Positions 29,855 to 40,900 of a stretch of DNA of 64,000 nucleotides are shown here, in pieces. The stretch covers positions 2,912,001-2,976,000 of the forward strand of contig CBDANF010000003.1 of assembly GCA_965197475.1 (NCBI GenBank), read 5' to 3'. The notes under the pieces are model-generated. The model searched no databases. It had not been told where the DNA came from and saw only the letters and a list, made by a program, of their open reading frames with translations. Position 1 is the first letter of the stretch; every line of letters starts with the position of its first letter. The position numbers were made by a program, and so were the translations under genes. The stretch comes from Candidatus Poribacteria bacterium (GTDB lineage: Bacteria > Poribacteria > WGA-4E > WGA-3G).

Positions 29855-32800
29855 ATGTCCATTCCTAAAATGTCTGTGAATAACCCTGTTTTAGCGAACA
29901 TGCTGATGATTCTTATTATTATTTTTGGGTTGTATGCATGGATCAACTTACCAAGGGAACTCACCCCGGAAATCGCCCTACAAAGTGCTACCGTAACGAC
30001 ACTATACCCAGGTGCATCCCCGGAAGAGGTTGAAAAACTGATATCTGCACCAATTGAAGAGGCAATTGAGGAAAACGTCAACAAAATCAATCTGATGCTT
30101 TCCACTTCTTCAGAGGGTAGATCAATTATCTCGGTTGATTTTGATGAAATGAGTGACAGAGATTTCGACAAAGAGATGGAGAATCTCCGCACTGCTGTTG
30201 AAGGTGTAAATGATTTACCGGAGGAGATTTTAGACGATCCCAAGGTAATGGAATTGGATATTAGTTCCGGATTTCCGATGTTGACGATTGTTGTCGGAGG
30301 AAACATTTCAGAGTCTCAAATGCGGGAAATTGCGGAGAATCTAAAAGACGAGATATTAGAAATTAAAAACATTGCATCTGTGCAAATTGCTGGACTACGT
30401 GATAGAGTAATTTGGATTGAGGTTGATCCGGATCGGTTGAAAGCGTATAATCTCCCGATCACTGCTATTACAATGGCACTACAAGCAGGGAATTTAAATC
30501 TACCCGCAGGAACAATGGAGATTGGTAACACGGAGTTTATGGTGCGAACAATGGGAGAATTTCCTAATCCTGACTATATCGGTGATACAATCATCAGTGT
30601 TCAGCCATCAGGGACACCACTTAGACTTCGAGATGTTGCAACAGTATCTGATGATTATGAGGAAGCACGAACACTTTCAAGAATTGAAGGGAAATCCTCT
30701 ATCAGTCTAAGCGTTCAAAAAAAGAAAGAGGGCAACACTATCTCTTTGGTGGCGAAACTTCGCGATTTAGTCAAAAAACGCCAAGTTGAACTTCCTGAAG
30801 GTGCAGTGTTGACACCTGTGAACGACTATTCCGTGATCTTAAAAGAGAGGTTGGGCATTCTTGAAACAAATGCTGTATTCGGACTTATTCTTGTCATATT
30901 CATGCTTTTCCTATTTATCGGATGGCGAAATGCCCTCTTTGCAGCACTTGGTATTCCGGTGGCATTTATGGCAACTTTTTGGTTCATGTCAATAGTGGAT
31001 TATTCGCTGAGTGGTGTGGCACTGTTTGGTCTCATCTTGGTCGTAGGAATTGTTGTAGACGATGCCATCGTTGTTATAGAGAACACCTATCGGCATATAG
31101 AGGCAGGAGAATCCCCGAAAGTTGCAGCCGTTCGCGGTGCAGAAGAGGTTGGCTGGCCTGTTTTAGCGGCAAGTTTGACAACGATTGGTGCATTTGGTCC
31201 CTTGATGTTTATGTCAGGTGTTTCAGGGCAGTATATGCGGATCGTGCCAATAATGGCAATTATCGTCTTAGTGGCTTCGCTCTTTGAAGTTTTTGTAATT
31301 TTACCGGCACACGTTGCTGAGTGGGGAAAAGCCAAAACACGGACAGGACGCAGTAGACTTGAAAACCTCCGTACACGATCTCAAGGTGCATTCACCATAA
31401 GTATCCTTTTTGCTGGCTTTTTTGCGTGGTTTGCCACGATTTTTGACATTATACGGAACAGATATGTCAGAATCCTGAAAATAACGATCCGAAAACGGTA
31501 TATCTTTGTAGGAAGCGTTCTCTTTATCGGAACGATTGCGTGCGTCAGTGCCTTTGTAGTTCTTGACAAGGAACTTTTTCCCGGTGAAGACTTTCCACAA
31601 TTTTACGTCAAGGCAGAAATGCCACCGTCCTACGGCATACAGGAAACAACTGATGTAATCGCACAACTTGAAGATGCAGCCAAAACTTTGCCGGAAGATG
31701 AAGTTGCTGCTATTGTTAGCAATATAGGCTTACATACACCTATCTCAGGGCTTCTTAAAGGCATCACCTACGGTTCCAATTTTGGAGAACTTATCATTGA
31801 ACTTGTTCCCAAAGATCAACGGACTCGGAACACTGACCAAATCATCGATTCCTTACGGCAACAGACTGCTAATATCAGTGGCATGGAAAAAAAACCCAAT
31901 TTTGTCAAACTGGAAGGGGGTCCACCCCAAGGACCAGATGTTGAGGTAAAGGTCAAGGGGACTCGGTTTGAACAGTTAGTTGAAATTGCTGATCGACTTA
32001 AAGCAACATTAAGCCAAATAGATGGTGTGGAAGACATACGAGACGATTTTCGCGTCGGTAAATCTGAATTACGTATCTATTTGAAACCTGAAAAAGCTGC
32101 GCAATTTGGAATGTCAACCCGCCAAGTTGCTCAGGCTGTTCGCACTGCTATTGAAGGTGCAAAGGCGACAACCTATCGTGAGGCAGATGAAGCAATTGAT
32201 GTAATCGTCAAATACAGAGAGGATCGTTTACAGACAATAGAAGAACTGAACGACCTATTGATAGCAACACCGACTGGAGCGATTATCCCTTTAAAAGATG
32301 TTGCTGATATAACTGAGGAGAAAGGGTATGCGGATATCCGCCGCTTTGAAGGAGAACGTGCAATCACTGTTTATGCAGCGGTTGATTCAACGAAAACCAC
32401 ACCATTTAAAGTTAACCAAATATTAATGAACTCTTTTGCTGATATTGAATCTTTATATCCCGGTTATCGGCTTGATTTCCGTGGGGTCTTTGACGAAATA
32501 CGGGAATCTTTTGGAGAGTTATGGAAACTTTTTATCGTTGGAATTCTTGTCATCTATATGATATTGGGTGCGCAATTCAAATCGTTTACACAACCGATCA
32601 TAATCCTTTTTGCTGTGCCGTTCGGAATGATAGGCGCGATGGTCGGGTTACTCTTTTCCAATGCAACGCTTAGTATGGTTGCAATGTTCGGTATCGTCGC
32701 ACTTGCGGGGATTGTCGTGAATGATTCAATTGTGTTAATTGATTTTATCAACAAGTACAGAGAACGCGGTTTTAATAGATGGTATGCGATTCTTAAAGGT

Positions 32801-33085
32801 GGGAGTGTTCGTCTACGTCCAATTGTCTTAACCTCATTAACGACAATTTTCGGACTTATTCCGATGGCATTGGGGCTTGGTGGAAAATCCCCTATCTGGC
32901 AGCCGATGGCGAATACTATCATATTTGGTCTTGCCTTTGCAACGATTATGACACTGTTTGTAATGCCTTCATTGTATGCAATCACTACTGACCTGCGCGG
33001 AGTTTTTCTAAAAGACCCTGAAGCGCGTTTCCGAACTGTAACTGATGAAGAATTATTAGGGGCTGCTGTTCCTGCGGATGATTAG
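29855..33085 (+). CDS. RND family efflux transporter (AcrB-like)
   Basis: YPGASPEEVE, GIVVDDAIVV, RLRPIVLTSLTT. Confidence 0.93.
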   Translation: MSIPKMSVNNPVLANMLMILIIIFGLYAWINLPRELTPEIALQSATVTTLYPGASPEEVEKLISAPIEEAIEENVNKINLMLSTSSEGRSIISVDFDEMSDRDFDKEMENLRTAVEGVNDLPEEILDDPKVMELDISSGFPMLTIVVGGNISESQMREIAENLKDEILEIKNIASVQIAGLRDRVIWIEVDPDRLKAYNLPITAITMALQAGNLNLPAGTMEIGNTEFMVRTMGEFPNPDYIGDTIISVQPSGTPLRLRDVATVSDDYEEARTLSRIEGKSSISLSVQKKKEGNTISLVAKLRDLVKKRQVELPEGAVLTPVNDYSVILKERLGILETNAVFGLILVIFMLFLFIGWRNALFAALGIPVAFMATFWFMSIVDYSLSGVALFGLILVVGIVVDDAIVVIENTYRHIEAGESPKVAAVRGAEEVGWPVLAASLTTIGAFGPLMFMSGVSGQYMRIVPIMAIIVLVASLFEVFVILPAHVAEWGKAKTRTGRSRLENLRTRSQGAFTISILFAGFFAWFATIFDIIRNRYVRILKITIRKRYIFVGSVLFIGTIACVSAFVVLDKELFPGEDFPQFYVKAEMPPSYGIQETTDVIAQLEDAAKTLPEDEVAAIVSNIGLHTPISGLLKGITYGSNFGELIIELVPKDQRTRNTDQIIDSLRQQTANISGMEKKPNFVKLEGGPPQGPDVEVKVKGTRFEQLVEIADRLKATLSQIDGVEDIRDDFRVGKSELRIYLKPEKAAQFGMSTRQVAQAVRTAIEGAKATTYREADEAIDVIVKYREDRLQTIEELNDLLIATPTGAIIPLKDVADITEEKGYADIRRFEGERAITVYAAVDSTKTTPFKVNQILMNSFADIESLYPGYRLDFRGVFDEIRESFGELWKLFIVGILVIYMILGAQFKSFTQPIIILFAVPFGMIGAMVGLLFSNATLSMVAMFGIVALAGIVVNDSIVLIDFINKYRERGFNRWYAILKGGSVRLRPIVLTSLTTIFGLIPMALGLGGKSPIWQPMANTIIFGLAFATIMTLFVMPSLYAITTDLRGVFLKDPEARFRTVTDEELLGAAVPADD

Positions 33086-33313
33086 ACCCAATGCGAATTT
33101 TCGTGATTTAAATTCCTCAAAATCTATACTTTTCGCATAAGTAATTCATTAAAGTGCATGCGGTAAAAGATGGACGAATTTAGTTTTCAAAAGCGTCTTA
33201 GATGTGGTATAATGTGAATGAATTTATTTCAATGTCCGCACGAATTCTTCGCACCACCAAAGATCTACATATTTAATTTTAAAATAAAAAAGTTTAGAAA
33301 AAAGGACAACAAC

Positions 33314-33646
33314 ATGGGTAAAATAGCCGATGCAACCTTTCAAGGTAAGATGGACACCTACAACTTTGGGGTTTATACCACGGACACGGTTTTCATTGAC
33401 GTTGGAGCCGTTTACATATTCTCAAAACGTGTAGTTGGATCCGATGGAAGGGGTACACATACGTTTCTATACATCGGTCAAACACATTCACTTGAAGACA
33501 GAATCCCGTATCACGAACAGTGGCTCTGTGCACAGAGGAATGGTGTAAATTGTATATGCGTTCATCCAGACGATGATGCCAGTTCCCGAATAAAAAAAGA
33601 AGCAGATCTTCTCGCTACAAACCCCACCCCGTGTAACAGAGAATAG
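33314..33646 (+). CDS. Small GIY-YIG-like protein
   Basis: GAVYIF...LYIGQT..LEDRI..H pattern; RBS before ATG 33314. Confidence 0.6.
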   Translation: MGKIADATFQGKMDTYNFGVYTTDTVFIDVGAVYIFSKRVVGSDGRGTHTFLYIGQTHSLEDRIPYHEQWLCAQRNGVNCICVHPDDDASSRIKKEADLLATNPTPCNRE

Positions 33647-33688
33647 TTCATGCTTAATCATCGGAAATAGCTCAAGGAAGATTATCAA

Positions 33689-36063
33689 ATGGCGATACTA
33701 GAAGGTTTTAGAGTAAGGAACTATGGTGTTCTAAAAGATGTGACATTGGGTCGTCTATGGGACCAAGGGAAAGTACCGCTCACTCCTATAACTGCAATAA
33801 TTGGAAAAAATGGAGTCGGTAAGACCACATTATTTGATGCGTTTGGTTTCCTTGCTCATGCTTTTAAGTTTGATGTCGAGACAGCTTGTGATGATCGCGG
33901 AGGTTTAAAAAAATACGTTCGCAAGGAGAGAAAGAGCCAATTGTTTTTGATGTGTACTACCGAGAACATAAGAATGTTCAACCTATTACATACCAAGTAG
34001 CAATTGGAGATGACCAATTTGGTCGTCCTTATGTCCTACAAGAACGTCTCAGGCAAAGGCGAAAGGGACAGAAATACGGTGAACCGTATACTTTTTTAAG
34101 ACTTGATAACGGTAGTGGGGTAGCGTGGAAAGGCAACCAAGAAGGCTATCAGAAAACTCCTTTTGAATCCATAAAATCAATAATTATAAGTACTTCAAGT
34201 AGCAAAAAAAAAGAAAAAGTTAAAAAGATAGATATAAAAAAAGGTGACCTTATTGACGATAACGAGAACTCAAGTCAAGCCTCAAGTAACTTAGACCTCT
34301 TAGAATACATAGTCAATAAGGAAGCCGACGAGACTGAGATTATTAAATTGGAGGATCCGCGAAAACTTGGCATTGCCACTCTCGGTGCTTTGAAGCAGCA
34401 TCCGCGAATTTCTGCTTTTCGTAGGTTCATTGAAGGATGGTTTCTTAGTTACTTCACTCCTGATGCAGCACGTAACTTACAATTTGCCGGCCCGCAAGAA
34501 CACCTCAATATACAAGGCGATAACCTCAGAAACGTTGCGCAATTTATGGAGCGCGAATACCCTCAACGTTTCCAAGTAATTCTAAAAAAAAATCGCAGAT
34601 AAAATTCCGGGCATAGAAAAAATTGACACCAAGAAAACAGAAGACAATAGGTTACTACTCAGGTTCAACGAAAAAAGGTTGGCTCATGTAAAAAGTAAGT
34701 GCTATTTTTTCAAAGTTATGTTAGCGTGTTACCTATGGACTTTCCAATACAATCTCTCCTGGATGAAGAAAAAACTCAAGCGTGGGTGTTGGATCATTTC
34801 CACCTTCAAGGGCTGTGTTGCCCAAAATGCCAAGCGAGCGTGGCGGAGGCACGCAAGTTCCGTCCGACTGAAACAAGTGGTCTACAAGTGTATCGCTGCA
34901 AACACTGTGAGAGCATCTACAACCTCTATACCGGGACGGTCTTTGCTGGCACGCAGTTTCGTCCCTCACAGGTCGTTCTGCTTTTGCGCGGTGTCTGTCA
35001 AGGTGTTTCAAGTGCACAACTCGGGTGTGAACTGGGTCTAAGTCGTCAAACCGTTCTTTCTATAAGACGTAAACTCCAAACTTCGGCAGAGCAGATACAA
35101 CCCGAAGCTGCTTTACCTGATGCTGAAGTCGAAACAGATGAGATGTTTCAAAACGCCGGTGAAAAAGGCGATAAGCACGTTGATGCTTCGGATCCGCCGC
35201 GTCGGCGTGGCAATAAACGCAGGGAACATGGGACTTATGACAATGATCGTCCGCCTATTGTTGGGACGAAAGGTCGCGAAAGCGGTCTCCTGAGATTACG
35301 TGTTGTGCGGCACACCGATTCTGCGACGCTTTCAACACACGTTCATCAGTGGACGTTGCCGACTTCAACGGTGTATACGGATGGTTGGCGTGGCTATAAC
35401 CGTATTCAGCGCGCCCGTGAGATTGTTCTCCATAAGGATGGCGAGTGGGCAAGAGACGCAGACGGTGATGGTCTTTACGAGATCCATACAAGGACGATTG
35501 AAGGTGCCTGGACGACGCTGCGAAACTTCCTTCGTCCCTTTCGTGGCGTTCATAAAAAGTTCCTCGCCGGTTACGTCGCAATCTGTGAGTTCGTCATGAA
35601 TCTAAAAGCTGTCAGTGTTGATTTTATAGCAAAACTCGTCAAAAGCACTTACTCTTGACATGAGCGAAAAGGTTTTCAAGATCCCTTCCAAGTTGAGCAA
35701 ATGTCCGATGGAACACTCAAACTGTTTGCATATCTTCTGATGCTTGAAAATCCTACGCCACCGCCATTTCTTTGTATTGAAGAACCGGAAAACTACTTAT
35801 ATCACAAACTTTTGGAGATTCTCGCCACTGAATTCCGAGAACATGCAACAGGACTCAAAGGCGGTTCACAGGTTTTTGTTACGACGCATCAACCATACTT
35901 TGTCAATGCATTAGACCCGAAAGAGGTCTGGATCCTCGAAAAAAAAGAAGATGGGTTTTCCAAAATCCGTCGGGCAAGCGAAGATCCGCTTGTGAATAAC
36001 CTGGTTGAAGAAGGGTTACCTTTGGGCGGGCTCTGGTATAGCGACTATCTTGACCCGAGGTAA
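33689..36063 (+). pseudogene. ABC/AAA_21-type ATPase, frameshifted and interrupted by IS1595
   Basis: Walker A GKNGVGKTT (33689-34000), middle part 33952-34680, signature MSDGT with IEEPEN and TTHQP (35701-36063). Confidence 0.85.
34681..35666 (+). mobile_element. IS1595-family insertion sequence (transposase 34735-35658)
   Basis: Inverted repeats GGCTCATGTAAAAAGTAAGTGC / GCACTTACTCTTGACATGAGCG; 8-bp target duplication AAAAGGTT (34673-80, 35667-74); Zn ribbon, ETDE, YTDGWRGY, TIEGAW. Confidence 0.93.
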
Positions 36064-36066
36064 TTA

Positions 36067-36708
36067 ATGCACTTTGAGATACTTATTGAAGACTTGTCAG
36101 GCAAGAAAGCACTTCAGATTTTGATTCCAAAAATCGTCGGTGCGCGACATACATTCAGTATCTATCCCTATAAAGGAATTGGACACCTTCCAATAAAATC
36201 TCAAAATCCGACAACTGCGAATACTGGTCATTTGCTTGACGATCTACCAAAGCAGCTCCGTGCTTATGGAAAAAGTTATGCCAATGATCCTACCAAAGTT
36301 GTAATTGTCGTTTGCGACTTGGATAAAAGGTGTTTGAAAACATTTCGAAAAGAACTTTTTTCTGTCCTTAATGCGTGTAACCTCAAACCAGAGACTCGGT
36401 TTTGTATTGCTATAGAAGAAGGTGAAGCCTGGCTGCTTGGGAATATCCCCGCGATCAAGAAAGCTTTCCTAAAAGCCATTGATAATGTTCTGAATAGTTA
36501 TCAAAATGACTCTATTTGCGGAACGTGGGAACTTCTGGCTGATGCTATATACGCAGGAGGTGCAAAATCGCTGCAAAAGAAAACTTGGCGTGCAAGAGGC
36601 AAGGTAAAATCAGTATGGGCACAAAAAATAACTCCATATATGAATGTAGACAAAAACGCGTCTCCCAGTTTCTGTTATTTTCGAGATAAGATTCGAGAAT
36701 TGATCTGA
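36067..36708 (+). CDS. DUF4276-like (TOPRIM/RloB-like) partner of the ATPase
   Basis: EILIEDLSG, VCDLD, EEGEAWLLG, N.SPSF. Confidence 0.7.
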   Translation: MHFEILIEDLSGKKALQILIPKIVGARHTFSIYPYKGIGHLPIKSQNPTTANTGHLLDDLPKQLRAYGKSYANDPTKVVIVVCDLDKRCLKTFRKELFSVLNACNLKPETRFCIAIEEGEAWLLGNIPAIKKAFLKAIDNVLNSYQNDSICGTWELLADAIYAGGAKSLQKKTWRARGKVKSVWAQKITPYMNVDKNASPSFCYFRDKIRELI

Positions 36709-36757
36709 GCATCCGCCCATTGAACTGCCAACTTGTTGAAACAAAGGAGAAAATAGT

Positions 36758-37744
36758 ATGAGTCAAAGCGATTTGAAAATTGCTTTTATTGGTGTTGGCG
36801 GTATTGCAGGTAATTACCGCCGAAGCCTAAAACAACTACAACGTCCGATTGCATCAATATGTGATATAAACGCTGAACGCGCAGCAGCGATTGCTGCCGA
36901 TGAAAATGCTACTGCATACACCGATCATCAGGAAATGCTTCAGAAAGAAAAACCTGATGTCGTTTTTACCTGTATCCCACCCGGTGCACACACCACACAA
37001 GTTGCGGATGCTGCAAGGGTTGGTGCTGCGGTCTTTGTTGCAAAACCGGTTGCAGATAGCATTGCTACTGCCCAACACACGAGTGCCTCAATTCGTAGGG
37101 CAGGAGTTATCAACCAAGTCGGTTATATGGCACGGTATAGCGACATCACTGACAAAGCAAAGGCGTTCGTAGGAGATCGGAAGCTTACAATGGGGTTTGG
37201 ACGGTTTCTCACGCGGATGGGCGCAAACCATCCGTGGTGGGGAAAATTTGAAGTATCTCGCGGACAGATGGTTGAGCAGACTACTCATGTCTTTGACCTA
37301 ATCCGATATTTCCTTGGTGATGTTGAAAATGTCCAAGCTTTCGGTATCAAAGGTGTCTCTGAAGGTATTGCAGATTTTGAGGAGTGCACTGTTTGCAATC
37401 TGAAGTTTAAAAGCGGTGCCGTAGCAAGTATTACCAGCACCTGTGTTGCTCGCGCACATGATAGTTTCGCAACTGAATTGGTGGGAGATGACATCTATCT
37501 CAAACTGACGCACGATCTCAGTTTGCGCGGACAGATTGGCGGTGAAGGAATAGACTATACCGGCACCGAAGCCGGTTATTTCCGACAGATTGAGCAGTTT
37601 ATCAAAGCGGTTGAAGCAAATGACCAAGAGCTGGTACGTTCTTCCTATGAAGATGCGTTCAAGACACTTGCGGTCACACTTGCTGCGAATCGTTCGTTAG
37701 AGACAGGACAGGTTGAACAGGTTGTGGAAGAGATCACTGATTGA
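36758..37744 (+). CDS. Gfo/Idh/MocA oxidoreductase
   Basis: IGVGGIA Rossmann motif, KPVA, HVFD. Confidence 0.9.
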   Translation: MSQSDLKIAFIGVGGIAGNYRRSLKQLQRPIASICDINAERAAAIAADENATAYTDHQEMLQKEKPDVVFTCIPPGAHTTQVADAARVGAAVFVAKPVADSIATAQHTSASIRRAGVINQVGYMARYSDITDKAKAFVGDRKLTMGFGRFLTRMGANHPWWGKFEVSRGQMVEQTTHVFDLIRYFLGDVENVQAFGIKGVSEGIADFEECTVCNLKFKSGAVASITSTCVARAHDSFATELVGDDIYLKLTHDLSLRGQIGGEGIDYTGTEAGYFRQIEQFIKAVEANDQELVRSSYEDAFKTLAVTLAANRSLETGQVEQVVEEITD

Positions 37745-37916
37745 AAATGTGATCGGTGAATAGCCCACCTCAAACTGGGTATAGTATTGAGAAATTTATT
37801 GATTATGAAACGTGAATCTGGTATAAGAATACCAGATTACTATCTGTATTGCATTAGTGTTAAGTCCGTGCTTCAGAATTGGTAAAACCTCCTATATAGG
37901 AAAGGAGTCTCATTTG

Positions 37917-40900
37917 ATGAAAAAACATATTTTTCGTTTTGCCATATTTACGTTAATCTGTCTATTCTTTTGTATGCTATCTGTTGAGTTTGTTTATGCT
38001 GGGATTGAAGCTTCTATTATACTTGATATAGACCTTAACGAAAATGGTCTCATGCGTGATATTGCGGCGACAGCTACGCGTTTTTATGTCTTGTTTGCAG
38101 GCAGGCAACCGGAAATAGGAGGAACGTCCAATAGTGGATCGTCTTATATACGGAAAGTCTACGTTTTTGACCATGAAGGAACACGTAAACCAGACGAGGA
38201 GTTTGAAATAGATACAGAACTGACACCATACAGCATTGCAGTAACAAATAAATTTATCTATATTTCATACTGGGATAGTTCCGGTATTGATGCCTATGCG
38301 TTTGATGGTACGCGTTTACATGATGAGGGCTTACGTTATGCCTCTGCAGGTCAAAAAAGTAGTATAGCAGCAACAGAGACGCACATATATGTTTCAGATG
38401 TCTCTTATTTAGATGAAGTTGATATTTACAAGTTTAAAGATACACAAGGCGATCTAAACGCAAGGAACGTTTCCTGGGAGAAAGAATTTAAACTTACCAC
38501 AAATGAGAGTCTTAGAGCTTTCATCGCCGCAACAGATACCCGTGTCTATATCCAAAATCCTAACGATTCTACAATCTATGTCTACGATACCCGGGACGGT
38601 GGTAGACGCGCACGTGAAGATTTCGTACACTGCTTATGGACTGGGCTAAGGAAAGAATCTATTTACGTCCCCTCACGCTATTTATCAGGCATTACAACAA
38701 CACCATTAGGTGGAAAATTGTATATGTTAATTTCCCGATCAAGGGATGATGGAATAGAGGGACGCCAACTTAAGGTCTATAGGTATTCTATTCCGGAAGA
38801 AAATGCTGCACGTCCTGAGGTCTTTTTGCCTGCAAAACCGCCTCGCAGAGCAAGTTATTATTTCTATTTGCCGCCTTCTGGTTCCGGGATAGCTGCGACT
38901 GATACAACCGTCTATATAGGAGCTGATGGTTCACGTTATTTTGGTCGTGCTGCTACAATACATGCCGAAACCTATTCCGATGGGGTACCGGGCAGTTTAT
39001 TCGCAGATGCCGGCAAACTGAGAGGTAATATATCCGTAACCTATCCTCATCTAGGTTCTTCCGGTATGACAGTTGACTATAACAATATCTATCTGCTTAT
39101 TCGTCGGGCATCTGATGTACTTACTCAAGAACACAACTATGCCGTTCGACACTGTTTACTTAATTCAGATGGAACTATTCATGGTGGTAAGACGACATTA
39201 AGAGATCTTCAACTACCACTTGCAATGGAAAATTTTAAGAATGGAATAGGGCTAGCTATTGACTCAGAAGGAATTCTATACGTGATGGCTGCTGGTGAAA
39301 ATTACAAAGGACCTCCGCTAATCTATCGATATAAACCTTCATTGGATTCTCCACAACATAGTCAAGCTTTGCCTGGTAACCCTATCTTGTTACATCCTGA
39401 CCATAAGGCTCCATGCGGTATAACGATTGTAAAAAACCGCGCTTATGTTCTGGATAGGGCGTTTATAACTGATGAAGGCACCCCTCGATTGTACGCAAAG
39501 GTTTTTGTCTACGATTTGGATGCCCACGATGTATTTGAGTACTTACCTGAGGAGAGTTTTTTAGTAAATGCCCGAATAGGAAATCAGACAATCATACCGT
39601 ATGATTCAGGTATTGCTGTAAATGGAGACACATTTTTCATCTCAATGAGAGCAGAGTGGCCTTCCAATTATAAACATGTTCTTGTCTACGGTCCTCTTGC
39701 AGCACCGAGTTGGGGGCCCATACGCGCAGATACAATTCAGCGTAGGCAACCCTATGGTGGGGACATTAGAAGAATGTCAATAGTGGCTACAAATGGTAGT
39801 GACTACTACAAATACCAGGCAATCGAAGGTATTCCATGGATTCTTTCACTGGATTTTGACTTTGTATTTGGCAATCCTGATCCTTCCATTACCTTTAAAA
39901 CAGGTTATAAAAAACCAGAATGGTTGACCTTAAAGGATGGTGTTCTATCAGGTACCCCTTCATCAGCAGGTAAGTTAACAATTGAACTCACTGCCACCAA
40001 CGAACAAGGAAGTACGGATGAAAGTATCACCTTAAACGTTGGTCCGGGGGTTGTGGCACCGAGTTGGCATGATTTCTCAGTGCCAGAGATAAGGATACAC
40101 GATGCTTGGTCATTAACCTTAACTGACTTGGTTACTGGTAATCCGACACCGGAGATATATTTTACACAAGGATACACACCACCTGACTGGTTAAAGCTAA
40201 GAGAAGGCGTGTTATCAGGGACACCGCCAAAGGCGGGTACATATTCTATCCAAGTTACCGCTGCCAGTGCTCTCAGACGCCCTGGCTATGTAAAGTGGGC
40301 GGATATTGTGATATATTTGGTTGTCAAAGGTCCAACATCTCCTAATTGGGCACTTGATTCCATGAACGATACTGCACAAGGTATCGCCGCTACGGACAAC
40401 CGGATCTATGTGACAGACCTTATTGATGACAAAATCTATGTTTACGGACACGATGGAGAGCGATATGTTGCTCAGGATATAGACCTCAAGACACTCACAG
40501 AAAACCCAATCGGTATCACTGCTACGGTGACACATATCTATATTGTTGATAACAGCGAGGATATCGTCTCAATTTTAGATGTTACAGAAACAGGTTCTGT
40601 CGGCAATTTCAAGCTTGACCCCGATAATAGAGGTCCAACCGGTATTGCAGCGACAGCAAGACGACTTTATGTTGTTGACCACGAGGATGATAAGGTCTAT
40701 ACCTACGCACACGACGGTACACGGCACCCTACTGAGGATGTTAACCTGCACAAACATAGTGAACCCACCGGTATTACAGCGACAGCGACACGACTTTATG
40801 TTGTTGACGGTGATGATGACAAAATCTATCCCTATGAATATGATGGCAAAATGAAGAACAGTGAAATTGTTGAACTTGTTACAGAAAACAGAAGTCCAAC

